NCBI GenBank assembly: GCA_963765575.1
Contig: CAVXWZ010000011.1
Coordinates: forward strand, 737,546 to 801,545
Source of the DNA: an uncultured cyanobacterium
GTDB taxonomy: Bacteria > Cyanobacteriota > Cyanobacteriia > PCC-6307 > Cyanobiaceae
Direction of reading: 5' to 3'
Length of the DNA: 64,000 nucleotides
In this document: positions 42,161 to 50,860 of the stretch, in pieces
Numbering within the stretch: the stretch's first letter is position 1
Layout: each line of letters begins with the position of its first letter
Translations under genes and position numbers: made by a program
Notes under the pieces: model-generated
Seen by the model: the letters and a program-made list of their open reading frames with translations, nothing else
Told to the model about the DNA's origin: nothing
Databases searched by the model: none

Positions 42161-42409
42161 ATGACCCTGATGACCTGGTCTGAACTGCGCATCCGCGTGG
42201 CGCGCCTCGGTGCTTCCCTGGACGTGGTGGTGCGCAGTGATCCTGAGGTCTGCGGACTCAGCGGCGACGACTTCCACCTCACCCTCCACCACGGCGGCCA
42301 GGGCGACTGCACCGTGGGCAGCCTCAGCCTTATCCACTGCCCCAATGAACTGGTGCTGATGGAATTCGAGCGCTGGATGCGTGGCCAGGGCCATGCGCTG
42401 GAGGCATGA
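42161..42409 (+). CDS. Hypothetical protein
   Basis: 82-aa ORF with host-like codon use filling the space between neighbours. Confidence 0.6.
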   Translation: MTLMTWSELRIRVARLGASLDVVVRSDPEVCGLSGDDFHLTLHHGGQGDCTVGSLSLIHCPNELVLMEFERWMRGQGHALEA

Positions 42410-42777
42410 CCAGCCCCCGGCGCCAATCGCTGCAGCTTCCCCACACCGGATCGGCTGATCGGCAGGCTGGCCGGCGGCGCCGGCGAATCACCCGCATGCG
42501 CCTGTTCTGGACCGGCGTTCTCTACCTGCTGGTGGGTTCGGCGATGCTGGTGGGGCTGATGCAGTTGCCGGATCGGCTGGACGCTTTTCTGCTTCTCAGC
42601 ACATCCATTGCCAAATTGATTGGCGGTCTGCAGGGTGTGGTGGTCGGACTGCTGCAACTGCTGGCCGTTGCGCTGGTGGTTCTGGTGGCATTGCTGGCCC
42701 TGGTGCTGCTCGTGGGCGGCATCGTGCGGCTGGTGCGCTGCCTGCTCCCGCGCCCACGACGCCCCCGGGTGTCCTGA
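42406..42777 (+). CDS. Hypothetical membrane protein
   Basis: ATGA overlap with upstream gene; 2-3 hydrophobic helices. Confidence 0.6.
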   Translation: MTSPRRQSLQLPHTGSADRQAGRRRRRITRMRLFWTGVLYLLVGSAMLVGLMQLPDRLDAFLLLSTSIAKLIGGLQGVVVGLLQLLAVALVVLVALLALVLLVGGIVRLVRCLLPRPRRPRVS

Positions 42778-42800
42778 TCACCCCTACCCGTGTCCATGCC

Positions 42801-43877
42801 ATGAGCAAAGGCGACACCAAGTCCAAGCACGAGAACAAGACCAAGGACTTCAGCAAGAAGGACTCCAGCAAGAAGAACCCCAGCAGCGAGGACCAGGCGC
42901 TCGTCTCGGCCAAGGCGAACGGCAAAGGCAAGAAACAGTCCGGCAAGGGTAAGCAGCAGACCAAGGACCAGGCGCTGGTGCGGGTGGTGCCTCGCTATGG
43001 CCCCCTCAGCGATCGCTATTACCCCTCCGCCCTGCTTGATGACATGAAAGGCGACAACGGCAGCAGCGATGGCTATCCGGCGGGCGACGCCAATCCCAGC
43101 AAACTGGATCGCAAGTTCTACGAGAAGGAACTCATCCGGCTGCAGGTGGAGCTGGTGAAGATGCAGTACTGGATCAAGGCCACTGGCTTCCGCCTGATCG
43201 TGCTGTTCGAGGGCCGGGACGCCGCCGGCAAGGGGGGCACGATCAAGCGGGTCACGGAGCCCCTCAACCCCCGCGGCTGCCGGGTGGTGGCCCTGGGCAC
43301 CCCCAGTGACCAGCAGAAAACCCAGTGGTATTTCCAGCGCTACGTGGAGCATTTCCCCAGTGCCGGGGAGATGGTGATCTTTGATCGCAGCTGGTACAAC
43401 CGCGCCGGCGTGGAGCGGGTGATGGGCTTCTGCACCCCGGAGCAGGTGGAGGAGTTCATGCAGAGCTGCCCGCAGTTTGAGCGCATGCTTGTGCGTTCCG
43501 GAAGCATGCTGCTGAAGTATTGGTTCTCGGTGAGTGATTCAGAGCAGGAGGCCCGCTTCCAGTCGCGCACCGAAGATCCCACCCGGCGCTGGAAACTCAG
43601 CCCCATGGACCTGCAGGCCCGGGAGAAGTGGGCGGAGTTCTCCAAGGCCAAGGACGACATGTTCGCCCACACCAACATCCCCGAGGCCCCCTGGTTCACG
43701 GTGGAGGCTGACGACAAGCGGCGGGCCCGGCTCAACTGCATCTCCCACCTGCTCAGCAAGGTGCCCTACACGGACATGACCCCACCGGCGATCGAGCTAC
43801 CGGCGCGCCCGAAGCATCCCAATCTGGAGCGGCCGCCCCGCTGGGAGCAGTTCTTCGTGCCCAACCGCTACCCCTGA
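42801..43877 (+). CDS. ppk2: Polyphosphate kinase 2 with Lys-rich N-terminal extension
   Basis: FEGRDAAGKGG Walker A, FDRSWYNRAGVERVMGF, RRWKLSPMD, DDKRRARLN. Confidence 0.95.
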   Translation: MSKGDTKSKHENKTKDFSKKDSSKKNPSSEDQALVSAKANGKGKKQSGKGKQQTKDQALVRVVPRYGPLSDRYYPSALLDDMKGDNGSSDGYPAGDANPSKLDRKFYEKELIRLQVELVKMQYWIKATGFRLIVLFEGRDAAGKGGTIKRVTEPLNPRGCRVVALGTPSDQQKTQWYFQRYVEHFPSAGEMVIFDRSWYNRAGVERVMGFCTPEQVEEFMQSCPQFERMLVRSGSMLLKYWFSVSDSEQEARFQSRTEDPTRRWKLSPMDLQAREKWAEFSKAKDDMFAHTNIPEAPWFTVEADDKRRARLNCISHLLSKVPYTDMTPPAIELPARPKHPNLERPPRWEQFFVPNRYP

Positions 43878-43887
43878 GCCGCCGGCC

Positions 43888-44001
43888 TCAGCCCCCCAGG
43901 CGCTGGAACCAGAGGCCGGTCAGCTGCCAGCTGCTCCACAGGAAGATGGCCAGGAACAGCCAGTTCAGCCAGGGGGGGCGCTGGGGACCTTCGGGGGCCA
44001 T
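43888..44001 (-). CDS. 37-aa Trp-rich membrane microprotein (not in ORF track)
   Basis: Manual translation MAPEGPQRPPWLNWLFLAIFLWSSWQLTGLWFQRLGG*; GC-ending codons throughout. Confidence 0.6.
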   Translation of the reverse strand: MAPEGPQRPPWLNWLFLAIFLWSSWQLTGLWFQRLGG

Positions 44002-44128
44002 GGTTTCGAGCGCTGCTGATGTGGTGATGGATACCAGGCTGCCCTATCGCCTGCGGCCCAGGTCTGGGCGCGCTTGACATTCCTTGACACGGGCAGGGGA
44101 TCTCCGCGGTTGCCCTTAGCCTCCGCCC

Positions 44129-44506
44129 ATGGGCAACCCGATCGGTCAGGAGGAATTCCTACGGCGGGCGCGCGAGCGCTTTGGTGAGAAGTACGACTAC
44201 TCCGCCATCGTCTACAAGAGCTACAAGACGCCGATCAAGATTCGCTGCCGGTTGCACCCCGTGAAGGAGATTTCGATCACCCCCGAAAAGCATCTGCAGA
44301 CCACCGGCGGTTGCAAGTTCTGCCTGCGGGAAATGCGGGTGCGCATGCTTGAGCGCGAGTTGAACCGGGGCAGTGCCGAGCGCCCCGCCCTTGAGCCCCC
44401 CCCTCGCGAGTGCCCAGTCCTCGGGGGCCCAGTCCTCGGGGGCCCTGTCCAGGCGGAGGTTCGTCCGAACGGCACCACCGCTCCCCCTGCGGACGGACGG
44501 GTCTGA
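44129..44506 (+). CDS. Stand-alone zinc-ribbon protein (DUF723-like)
   Basis: FLRRARERFGEKYDYS..Y......IKIRCRLH......P.KHL...GGCKFC; TAGCCT a few nt before the ATG. Confidence 0.65.
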   Translation: MGNPIGQEEFLRRARERFGEKYDYSAIVYKSYKTPIKIRCRLHPVKEISITPEKHLQTTGGCKFCLREMRVRMLERELNRGSAERPALEPPPRECPVLGGPVLGGPVQAEVRPNGTTAPPADGRV

Positions 44507-44538
44507 ACGACGCTGATGGGTTGGCCATCGTCGGCCCC

Positions 44539-45192
44539 ATGCCCTCCTCCAGCCCCCTGTTCTCGGCCACCGGGCTGCGCTGCAGCCTGGGTGAGCGGCT
44601 GTTGTGGCGCAACCTCAATCTCACCCTGCAGGCCGGCGATCGCATCGGCCTGGTGGGCCCTTCCGGTCAGGGCAAAACGCTGCTGCTGCGCCGCCTGGCG
44701 CTGCTCGATCCGCTGCAGTGCGGCGTCCTCAAGCTCCACGGCCGCTCGCCGGCGAGCTGGGGGCTGCCGGCCTGGCGGGCTCGGGTCACCTACCTGAGCC
44801 AGCGGCCGGTGGCCCATGCCGGCACGGTGGAGCAGAACCTGCGCAGCGTCTGGGGGTTTGTCAGCCAGCGCCAGCGCGGCGGCTGGCAGCTCCAGCGCAT
44901 CGGCCACTGGCTGGAGCGTCTGGGGCGGCAGCAGGCGTTTCTGGGCTACCGGGCTGAGCGGCTCTCCGGCGGTGAACTGCAGTTGCTGGCGCTGCTGCGG
45001 GCGCTGCAGCTCGATCCGCCCGTGTTGCTGCTCGACGAGCCCTGTGCCTCGCTGGATGTCGCCACCGCCCTGGCGGTGGAGGCCCTGCTGGGCGACTGGC
45101 TGGCGGCCCCGGGGCGGGCCTGTGTGTTCACCAGCCATGACCCGGGGCAGATCGCACGCTTCACCAGCGCCTGCCTGGAGCTGCAGCCATGA
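44539..45192 (+). CDS. ABC ATP-binding protein (FetA/YbbL-like)
   Basis: GPSGQGKT, LSGGE, LLLDEP, FTSHDP. Confidence 0.85.
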   Translation: MPSSSPLFSATGLRCSLGERLLWRNLNLTLQAGDRIGLVGPSGQGKTLLLRRLALLDPLQCGVLKLHGRSPASWGLPAWRARVTYLSQRPVAHAGTVEQNLRSVWGFVSQRQRGGWQLQRIGHWLERLGRQQAFLGYRAERLSGGELQLLALLRALQLDPPVLLLDEPCASLDVATALAVEALLGDWLAAPGRACVFTSHDPGQIARFTSACLELQP

Positions 45193-45983
45193 CCGTTGCC
45201 CTGCCGATCAGCAATGGCCGCCTGGCCCTTGCCGCCCTGCTGATCCTGGTGAATGTGGCGCTGTCGCTGGGGTTGCGGCTCGGTCTGGCGCGCACCCTGC
45301 TGGTGGCGGCGCTGCGCATGGTGGTGCAGCTGCTGCTGGTGGGGTTTGTTCTGGAGTGGCTGTTTGTCCAGAGCGCGGCGCCGTTGATCCTGGCCCTGGG
45401 GGCGGCGATGGCGGCCATCGCCGGGGTTGCGGCTGTCAACCGCACCCGCCGCCGTTTCGCCGGGATCTACGCCGACAGCCTGCTGTCGGTGATGAGCTCC
45501 TCGGCCCTGGTCACGGGCCTGGCGCTCACCGGCATCATCCGCAGCGATCCCTGGTATGCGCCGCAGTACCTGATTCCGCTGCTGGGCATGGTGCTCGGCA
45601 ACACCCTCAACGGCATCTCCCTGGGGCTGGATCGCCTGATGGAAGGGCTGGAGGGCCGGCGGGAGCTGGTGGACACCGCCCTGGCCCTGGGCGCCAACCG
45701 CTGGGAGGCCTGCCGGGATGTGATCCGTGAGGCGATCCGGGTGGCCATGATCCCCACCATCAACTCGATGATGGTGATGGGGGTGGTGAGCCTGCCGGGG
45801 ATGATGACGGGCCAGATCCTGGCTGGCGCTGCGCCAACGGCTGCCGTGCGCTATCAGATCGTGATTGTGTTCATGATCGCCTCGGGCACCGCCCTGGGGG
45901 TGTTCGGGGTGGTGCTGCTGGGCTGGCTGCGGCTCACCAGCCGTGACCACCAGCTGCGCCTCGATCGGCTGCGCGGCGGATAG
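45189..45983 (+). CDS. fetB: UPF0014 ABC permease (FetB/YbbM-like)
   Basis: RMVVQLLLVG, YLIPLLGMVLGN, GVVSLPGMMTGQILAG, AVRYQI. Confidence 0.88.
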   Translation: MTVALPISNGRLALAALLILVNVALSLGLRLGLARTLLVAALRMVVQLLLVGFVLEWLFVQSAAPLILALGAAMAAIAGVAAVNRTRRRFAGIYADSLLSVMSSSALVTGLALTGIIRSDPWYAPQYLIPLLGMVLGNTLNGISLGLDRLMEGLEGRRELVDTALALGANRWEACRDVIREAIRVAMIPTINSMMVMGVVSLPGMMTGQILAGAAPTAAVRYQIVIVFMIASGTALGVFGVVLLGWLRLTSRDHQLRLDRLRGG

Positions 45984-45986
45984 GGC

Positions 45987-46499
45987 TCAGGCCACGGCGG
46001 TGCCGCTCTGGTTGCCGCCCAGGAAGCGACGCAGGTTGACGCCGGCCTCCATGGCCGCGGCCAGCAGTTCGGCGCGTTGGGTTTCGTTGAGGCCGTCCCA
46101 GAAGGCATTGAAGAGATCCAGGGAGGCCTTGCCGGCACCCACCATGCCCAGGATCGAGAGCGGCAGGCCCATCCAGGGGAACACCAGCAACACCACCCCC
46201 AGCAGCAGGCTGACGGCGGCGCCCTGCTTGGTGGACTCCCACACGGTGGAACTCACCATGCGCAGCTGCACCTCACGGGTGATGGCGCCGCGCTTGCGCA
46301 GGGCCTCGGTGCGCAGCCCCGTGAGCAGGGCCTGATAGATCGCATAGACCATCACGCCGCCGAGGGCGGACTCGGCCACGAACTCACCGGAGCCGAGGCT
46401 GCCCCCGTTGAGGTTCACATCCAGGCTGGCCAGTCCGGCCAGGGGCGCCGCCTCCACGCCGGCCTGGGGGATGCGAAAGGGATCACGTTCGCGGGTCAT
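45987..46499 (-). CDS. Hypothetical membrane protein
   Basis: 170-aa ORF with host-like codon use and hydrophobic segments. Confidence 0.65.
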   Translation of the reverse strand: MTRERDPFRIPQAGVEAAPLAGLASLDVNLNGGSLGSGEFVAESALGGVMVYAIYQALLTGLRTEALRKRGAITREVQLRMVSSTVWESTKQGAAVSLLLGVVLLVFPWMGLPLSILGMVGAGKASLDLFNAFWDGLNETQRAELLAAAMEAGVNLRRFLGGNQSGTAVA

Positions 46500-46677
46500 G
46501 GCCAGCCTGTGGAGATGTCTTGATGGATGCGAAATCCATTAAAGCTGCAGATCTCGACCCGTGGAGCCCAGCCTGCGGCAGGTGGAGGGGCGCACGCTGC
46601 CGTCCTTCTTGGCTTGGTGCTGATGTAGCCGCATGCGCGCCCCGGTTTGGACGTGACGGCATCGCCGAGTTTCTTGG

Positions 46678-47351
46678 TCAACCGGCTGATCCAGAACCGT
46701 CGCTGGCGGCCTGGCGCAGCAACTCGGCAAGGGGGTCGGGGTGAGCCACCGCATCCAGGCCGGGGGCGGTGCCACCCAGCAGCTGGGGATGGCGAGAGAG
46801 TCCGGCAAGCAGTTGGCTGAGGAAGGCGCGGCCAGCACGGATCGCTGACAGGTGGCCGCTGCGGCCACCGATGCACCAGTGCAGCGGGCCGCTGCTCTCG
46901 CCGATCAGCACGGCGGGGCGCTGTGGCAGGGCGTCATGGATGCGCACGGGATCTGTTGTTTGGAAGCACCATTGCGCCTCCTGGGGGGTGGCTCGAATCA
47001 GGGCTGCGGCCTCGATCAGCGTGTGCAATCGCCGCAGCACCTCCGCCGTGGGGGGGACTCGGGAGGCAGGCTCCAGTGCCGGGGCTGCCAGTTGAGATCG
47101 AGGGCCAGCGCCACGCCCTGGGAGGGAGCCCGCTCCAGCAGCATGCGCAGGCTGAGGATCGTGTCCTGGTTGGCCATGACGCTGCTGTCCGCCAGCAGCC
47201 AGGAAGCCCCAGCGAGGTCCGGCACAAGGGTTTCTGTGGCCCCCGCAGGTGTGTGCTCGCCAAGCTCAGCGGCCAGGGCCGCGGTGAGGTCGAGAACAAC
47301 GCCGGCCTGATGTCCGGCGCTGGGGGTGGGGGTTGTGCAGGTCATGGTCAT
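46678..47351 (-). pseudogene. Degenerate PfkB/fructokinase-like protein split by a frameshift at a C7 run
   Basis: ALDLNWQPRHW in ORF 47016..47351 continues as ALIRATPQEAQW...AGRAFLSQLL in ORF 46678..47040; one extra C at 47050-47056 joins them. Confidence 0.7.
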
Positions 47352-47411
47352 GCAGGCGTGGGCTGGCGGGTGGATCGGGTGCGAGTGATCGCGCCTGGTG
47401 CGGCGTCTGCC

Positions 47412-47759
47412 TCAGGTGTTGCTCTCCACCAGGGCATGGAAGCGATCGGCCAGGTTCTGGAAGGCCGCGTCGGTCTGCTGGAGCAGGTTGTCCCAGTTGG
47501 TCTGGGTGGCCTCCTGCAGCTGCTTCAGCTGGGCGATGCCCTGATCCCGGGCCTGCACCAGCTGATCCAGGCGCTTCTGGCCCTCCTGTCGGGCCTCATC
47601 GGTGAGCTGATCGAGGCTGCTGCGGACCTGTTCGATCTGGTTGTTCCAGGCGTCGATTTCAGCCTGTCGCTTGTCGAGGATCGCCTGACGCAGGCGGTCG
47701 TCCACGGCGGAGCGGTCCTCCTGGGTCACGGCATTCATTGTTTGATTGGTGGTGGTCAT
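47412..47759 (-). CDS. Small coiled-coil stress-type protein (sll1863-like)
   Basis: QAEIDAWNNQIEQV...LKQLQEATQTNWDNL; ATG at 47759. Confidence 0.6.
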   Translation of the reverse strand: MTTTNQTMNAVTQEDRSAVDDRLRQAILDKRQAEIDAWNNQIEQVRSSLDQLTDEARQEGQKRLDQLVQARDQGIAQLKQLQEATQTNWDNLLQQTDAAFQNLADRFHALVESNT

Positions 47760-48307
47760 GGTGATTGTTCTGGGTATCAACAACGGACATCGGGCCGAAG
47801 AAGGCAGCGCATCCCGGTGAGAGCACCTGGATGCCAGCAACCGATGCACGACGGGCCAGCTTCAACACGCCTTCAAGGACGCGCAATGGCCTGATCGAAC
47901 ATGGCTGAGGTTGGAGCACTGCGGTGCAGGATTTGCACGTCCAGCGCTGGATGAGGGAGATCCGGCGTTACGTCAAGCGTTACGTCAGAAGTGGGATGTC
48001 CCGCATCGGTTGTCCGTTATTTCGACCATACATCAAAGTTCCACTGACGCAAGCGCAAATCCCCGCAGTCGGCCTGCATCCGTAGTTGATAGTCACGTCA
48101 GATCGATTGTCTCGGACGGGATTCCGGCGGATCGACAAAAACTCATAAGCAAAGTCAATCAGCATCGGCTCCAGCGCTGTGGCCGCCCTCGCCAGCCAAC
48201 CGCCCGGCCCGCCGGGTTGGCCCGCCGGGTTCCCCGCCACGGCGGGCCCTCTCCGCCAAAATGTCGAAGGCTGATTCGGCCAAGTCCCTCTCTCTCCGCC
48301 CCAGGCC

Positions 48308-49058
48308 ATGGTCCTGCTCCATGTCCCCGTCTTTGTGCTGGCCCCCGCTGCGCAACTGCCCCTCGAACCCGCCGGTTTTGAGGTCCTGCTGGACCTGCAG
48401 GGCCAGCACGTCGGCGCTGCCGATCGCGTGCGCCTGTTTGCGCTGCCGGGGGGCTGGCAGGGTTCGCTCGATGCCTTGATCGGCGACAGTGCCGCTGGCC
48501 TGCGGCCGTTCTGCGATGCCCTGGTGCCGGCCCTGGCGATCGATTCCCTCAGCCTCGGCGTCTACGAGTTGATCGGCAGCGCTTCGGGCACGGGCCCGGG
48601 CCCTGGCGCCAGCCGGTGGCGCCGACGCCAGCGAGCCCAGCGCTTCCCTGCAGGTGGAGGGAGTGCGCTGCCTCGATCAGGTGCCCCTGCGGGAGGTGCA
48701 GAACGAAGCCTGCTGGTTTTATCCCACTGACGACGGGCTCTACCTCAGTTCCAGCAACCGGCGCGCGGTGCGTTTTCGCCCGGGCTTCCTGCCGGATCGT
48801 CCGCCCACCGCCGATCCCCTCGACTACCAGCGCAGCCGGCTGCGGCTGCTGTGGTCGCTGATGGCCGACGATGCCGCGATGACCTGCGTGGGGCTCACCT
48901 ACAACCACCGGCGCATCGACTGGCCGCTGCAGAGCGATGAGCCCAGCCCCAGCTCCGACTGGGCCCGGTTCAGGGTGGATGGCACCGCTGAGCGTCCCTA
49001 TCAGGAAATCGAGAGCCGCCGGGTGGGCAGCGCCAGCGAGGGCACCTCGGCGGCTTGA
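48308..49058 (+). pseudogene. Hypothetical gene apparently split by a frameshift between 48573 and ~48650
   Basis: Protein-like 5' half (to ...SLGVYELIG) turns into R/G-rich junk while protein-like sequence (EGVRCLDQVPL...WFYPTDDG) runs in the +1 frame. Confidence 0.55.
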
Positions 49059-49065
49059 CGCGAGC

Positions 49066-50028
49066 TCACCAGAGCTGCACTGTGGGCGGTTGGCGATCCA
49101 GCCGCCAGAGCTGGCGGTGGTGCCGCAGCAGCTCCTGGCCTGCGATCGCCTCCACGCCCACGGCCGCAAAGATGGGATTGCTGGTCACGATGGCCTCCAC
49201 CGTTGGCGAAGGGGTCGGGGGGCCGAGGCTGATGCCCGCAAGCCTGAGCCGCTGTGCCGCCTGCAGGCCACAGAATCCGGTGATCTGCACGGGCGCCGGT
49301 GGTGGCAGCGGCCCGGCCAGGGCGGCCAGCCGCCTGGACAGGCTGGAGGTGATGAACAGCCCCTCGGCACCCGTGTCGACCAGGGCGGCCACGCTGCCGG
49401 CGGCGGTTTGCATGGGCACCACGGGCACGCCAGCTCGCCAGCGCATGGCCAGCAGTGCCGGCGCCGTGGCGGCGACGCCGGCGTGGTGCCGGGCCGCCGC
49501 CAGAGCCTGGCCGCCGAGGGCCAGTTGGTTGGCGCCTGGATCCACCCACAGCGGCAGTTGGCGCAGCAGCGGCGCCCCGAGCACCCCGTCCACCCCCGCT
49601 GGCAGGCCGCCGGTCTCCAGCACCAGCGCTTCGCCACCACGGATCTCCACCTCTCCGACGGCCCCGGCAAGCCGTAGCTGCGGCATCAGGGCCCGCCTGG
49701 GCCGCAGCTCAGCACAGCCCTGTCCAGCCCCCGCCAGGCCGAACTGGGCTGGCGGGATCGGCGCACTGGCCAGGGCCAGGCGCTGCAACAGGGCCGGGGA
49801 CACCAGCGTGGAGGAGGCGCCGGTGTCAACCAGAAACCGCACCGTTTCGCCGGCTCCGCCAGCTCCGGCGGTTTGGAAGCTGAGGATGGGCGTGTCGCCG
49901 CCGGCGGCCCGCTCCAGGGGCACCAGCGCCGAGCCCTGCAGCAGGCCCGCCCGCAGGGGCACGCCGTCCACCTGGATCAGGGCACCCAGGGTGGCCGCCA
50001 GGACGAGGCTCATCGTGGGGCGCTGCAT
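49066..50028 (-). CDS. Secreted retropepsin-like aspartyl protease with two domains
   Basis: FLVDTGAS and ALVDTGAE; DGVLG and AIAGQELL motifs; N-terminal signal-like segment. Confidence 0.8.
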   Translation of the reverse strand: MQRPTMSLVLAATLGALIQVDGVPLRAGLLQGSALVPLERAAGGDTPILSFQTAGAGGAGETVRFLVDTGASSTLVSPALLQRLALASAPIPPAQFGLAGAGQGCAELRPRRALMPQLRLAGAVGEVEIRGGEALVLETGGLPAGVDGVLGAPLLRQLPLWVDPGANQLALGGQALAAARHHAGVAATAPALLAMRWRAGVPVVPMQTAAGSVAALVDTGAEGLFITSSLSRRLAALAGPLPPPAPVQITGFCGLQAAQRLRLAGISLGPPTPSPTVEAIVTSNPIFAAVGVEAIAGQELLRHHRQLWRLDRQPPTVQLW

Positions 50029-50133
50029 TCAGCCCAGTTTGGCGCTCGGCACTCGACTTGCCGCGGCTGCACGGGTGGCACGGTGGGGGCGGATTCCGCG
50101 CCTAGGGTGAATTCAGAGGCTGGGGAAAGAGAG

Positions 50134-50859
50134 ATGATCGAGGTGATTGAGGGCCTGCCTGAGGGAACCCTGGGTTTTGTTCTCACCGGTGTGGTTGCCG
50201 GCGAGGACTACGAAACAGTGCTCGTGCCGGCCCTGGAGAGGGCGATTGAGGAGCATGAGCGGGTGAAGCTGCTGATGCTCTTCGCCGAGTCCTTTGAGGG
50301 CTACAGCCCTGCCGCAGCCTGGGAGGACACCCTTGCGGGACTGCGCCATTGGCGGGGCTTCGAGCGCATCGCCGTGGTCAGCGGCGTGGCCTGGCTGCGG
50401 AGCGCTGTGGCCGCCCTCGCGCCGCTGATGCCCTGCCCGGTGAGCCAGTTCGGCGTTGGGCAGGAACAGGAGGCTCGCCGCTGGCTGGCGGAGTCGCTGG
50501 GCACGATTCACCTCACACAGGAGGAGGAGGGGGTGATCCGGGTGCGACTGATCGGCCGCCTCGAGCCCAGCGCCTACGACCACATCAACGATGAACTGGC
50601 CGTCCTTTTCAGCGGTGTGCAGCCGGTTCGTCTGTTGATCGATCTGCGAGAGTTCGATGGCTGGACGGGGCTGGCCGCCCTGCAGGATCACCTCACCCTG
50701 TTCACCGAGCACCGGCGCACCCCCGAGCGGGTGGCGGTGCTCGGCGATGCCGGCTGGCAGAAGCTGGCGGAGAAGCTGGCGTCGCGGTTTCTCCCGGCTG
50801 ACAGCCGCTACTTCGACGCCGCCCATGCCGAGCAGGCCCAGTTGTGGCTCTCCAGCTGA
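50134..50859 (+). CDS. Tandem SpoIIAA-like (STAS/SEC14) domain protein
   Basis: Two repeats: AAWED...H...FERIAVV....W...ARRWL and ALQDH....H....ERVAVLGD..W...AQLWL. Confidence 0.8.
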   Translation: MIEVIEGLPEGTLGFVLTGVVAGEDYETVLVPALERAIEEHERVKLLMLFAESFEGYSPAAAWEDTLAGLRHWRGFERIAVVSGVAWLRSAVAALAPLMPCPVSQFGVGQEQEARRWLAESLGTIHLTQEEEGVIRVRLIGRLEPSAYDHINDELAVLFSGVQPVRLLIDLREFDGWTGLAALQDHLTLFTEHRRTPERVAVLGDAGWQKLAEKLASRFLPADSRYFDAAHAEQAQLWLSS

Positions 50860-50860
50860 C

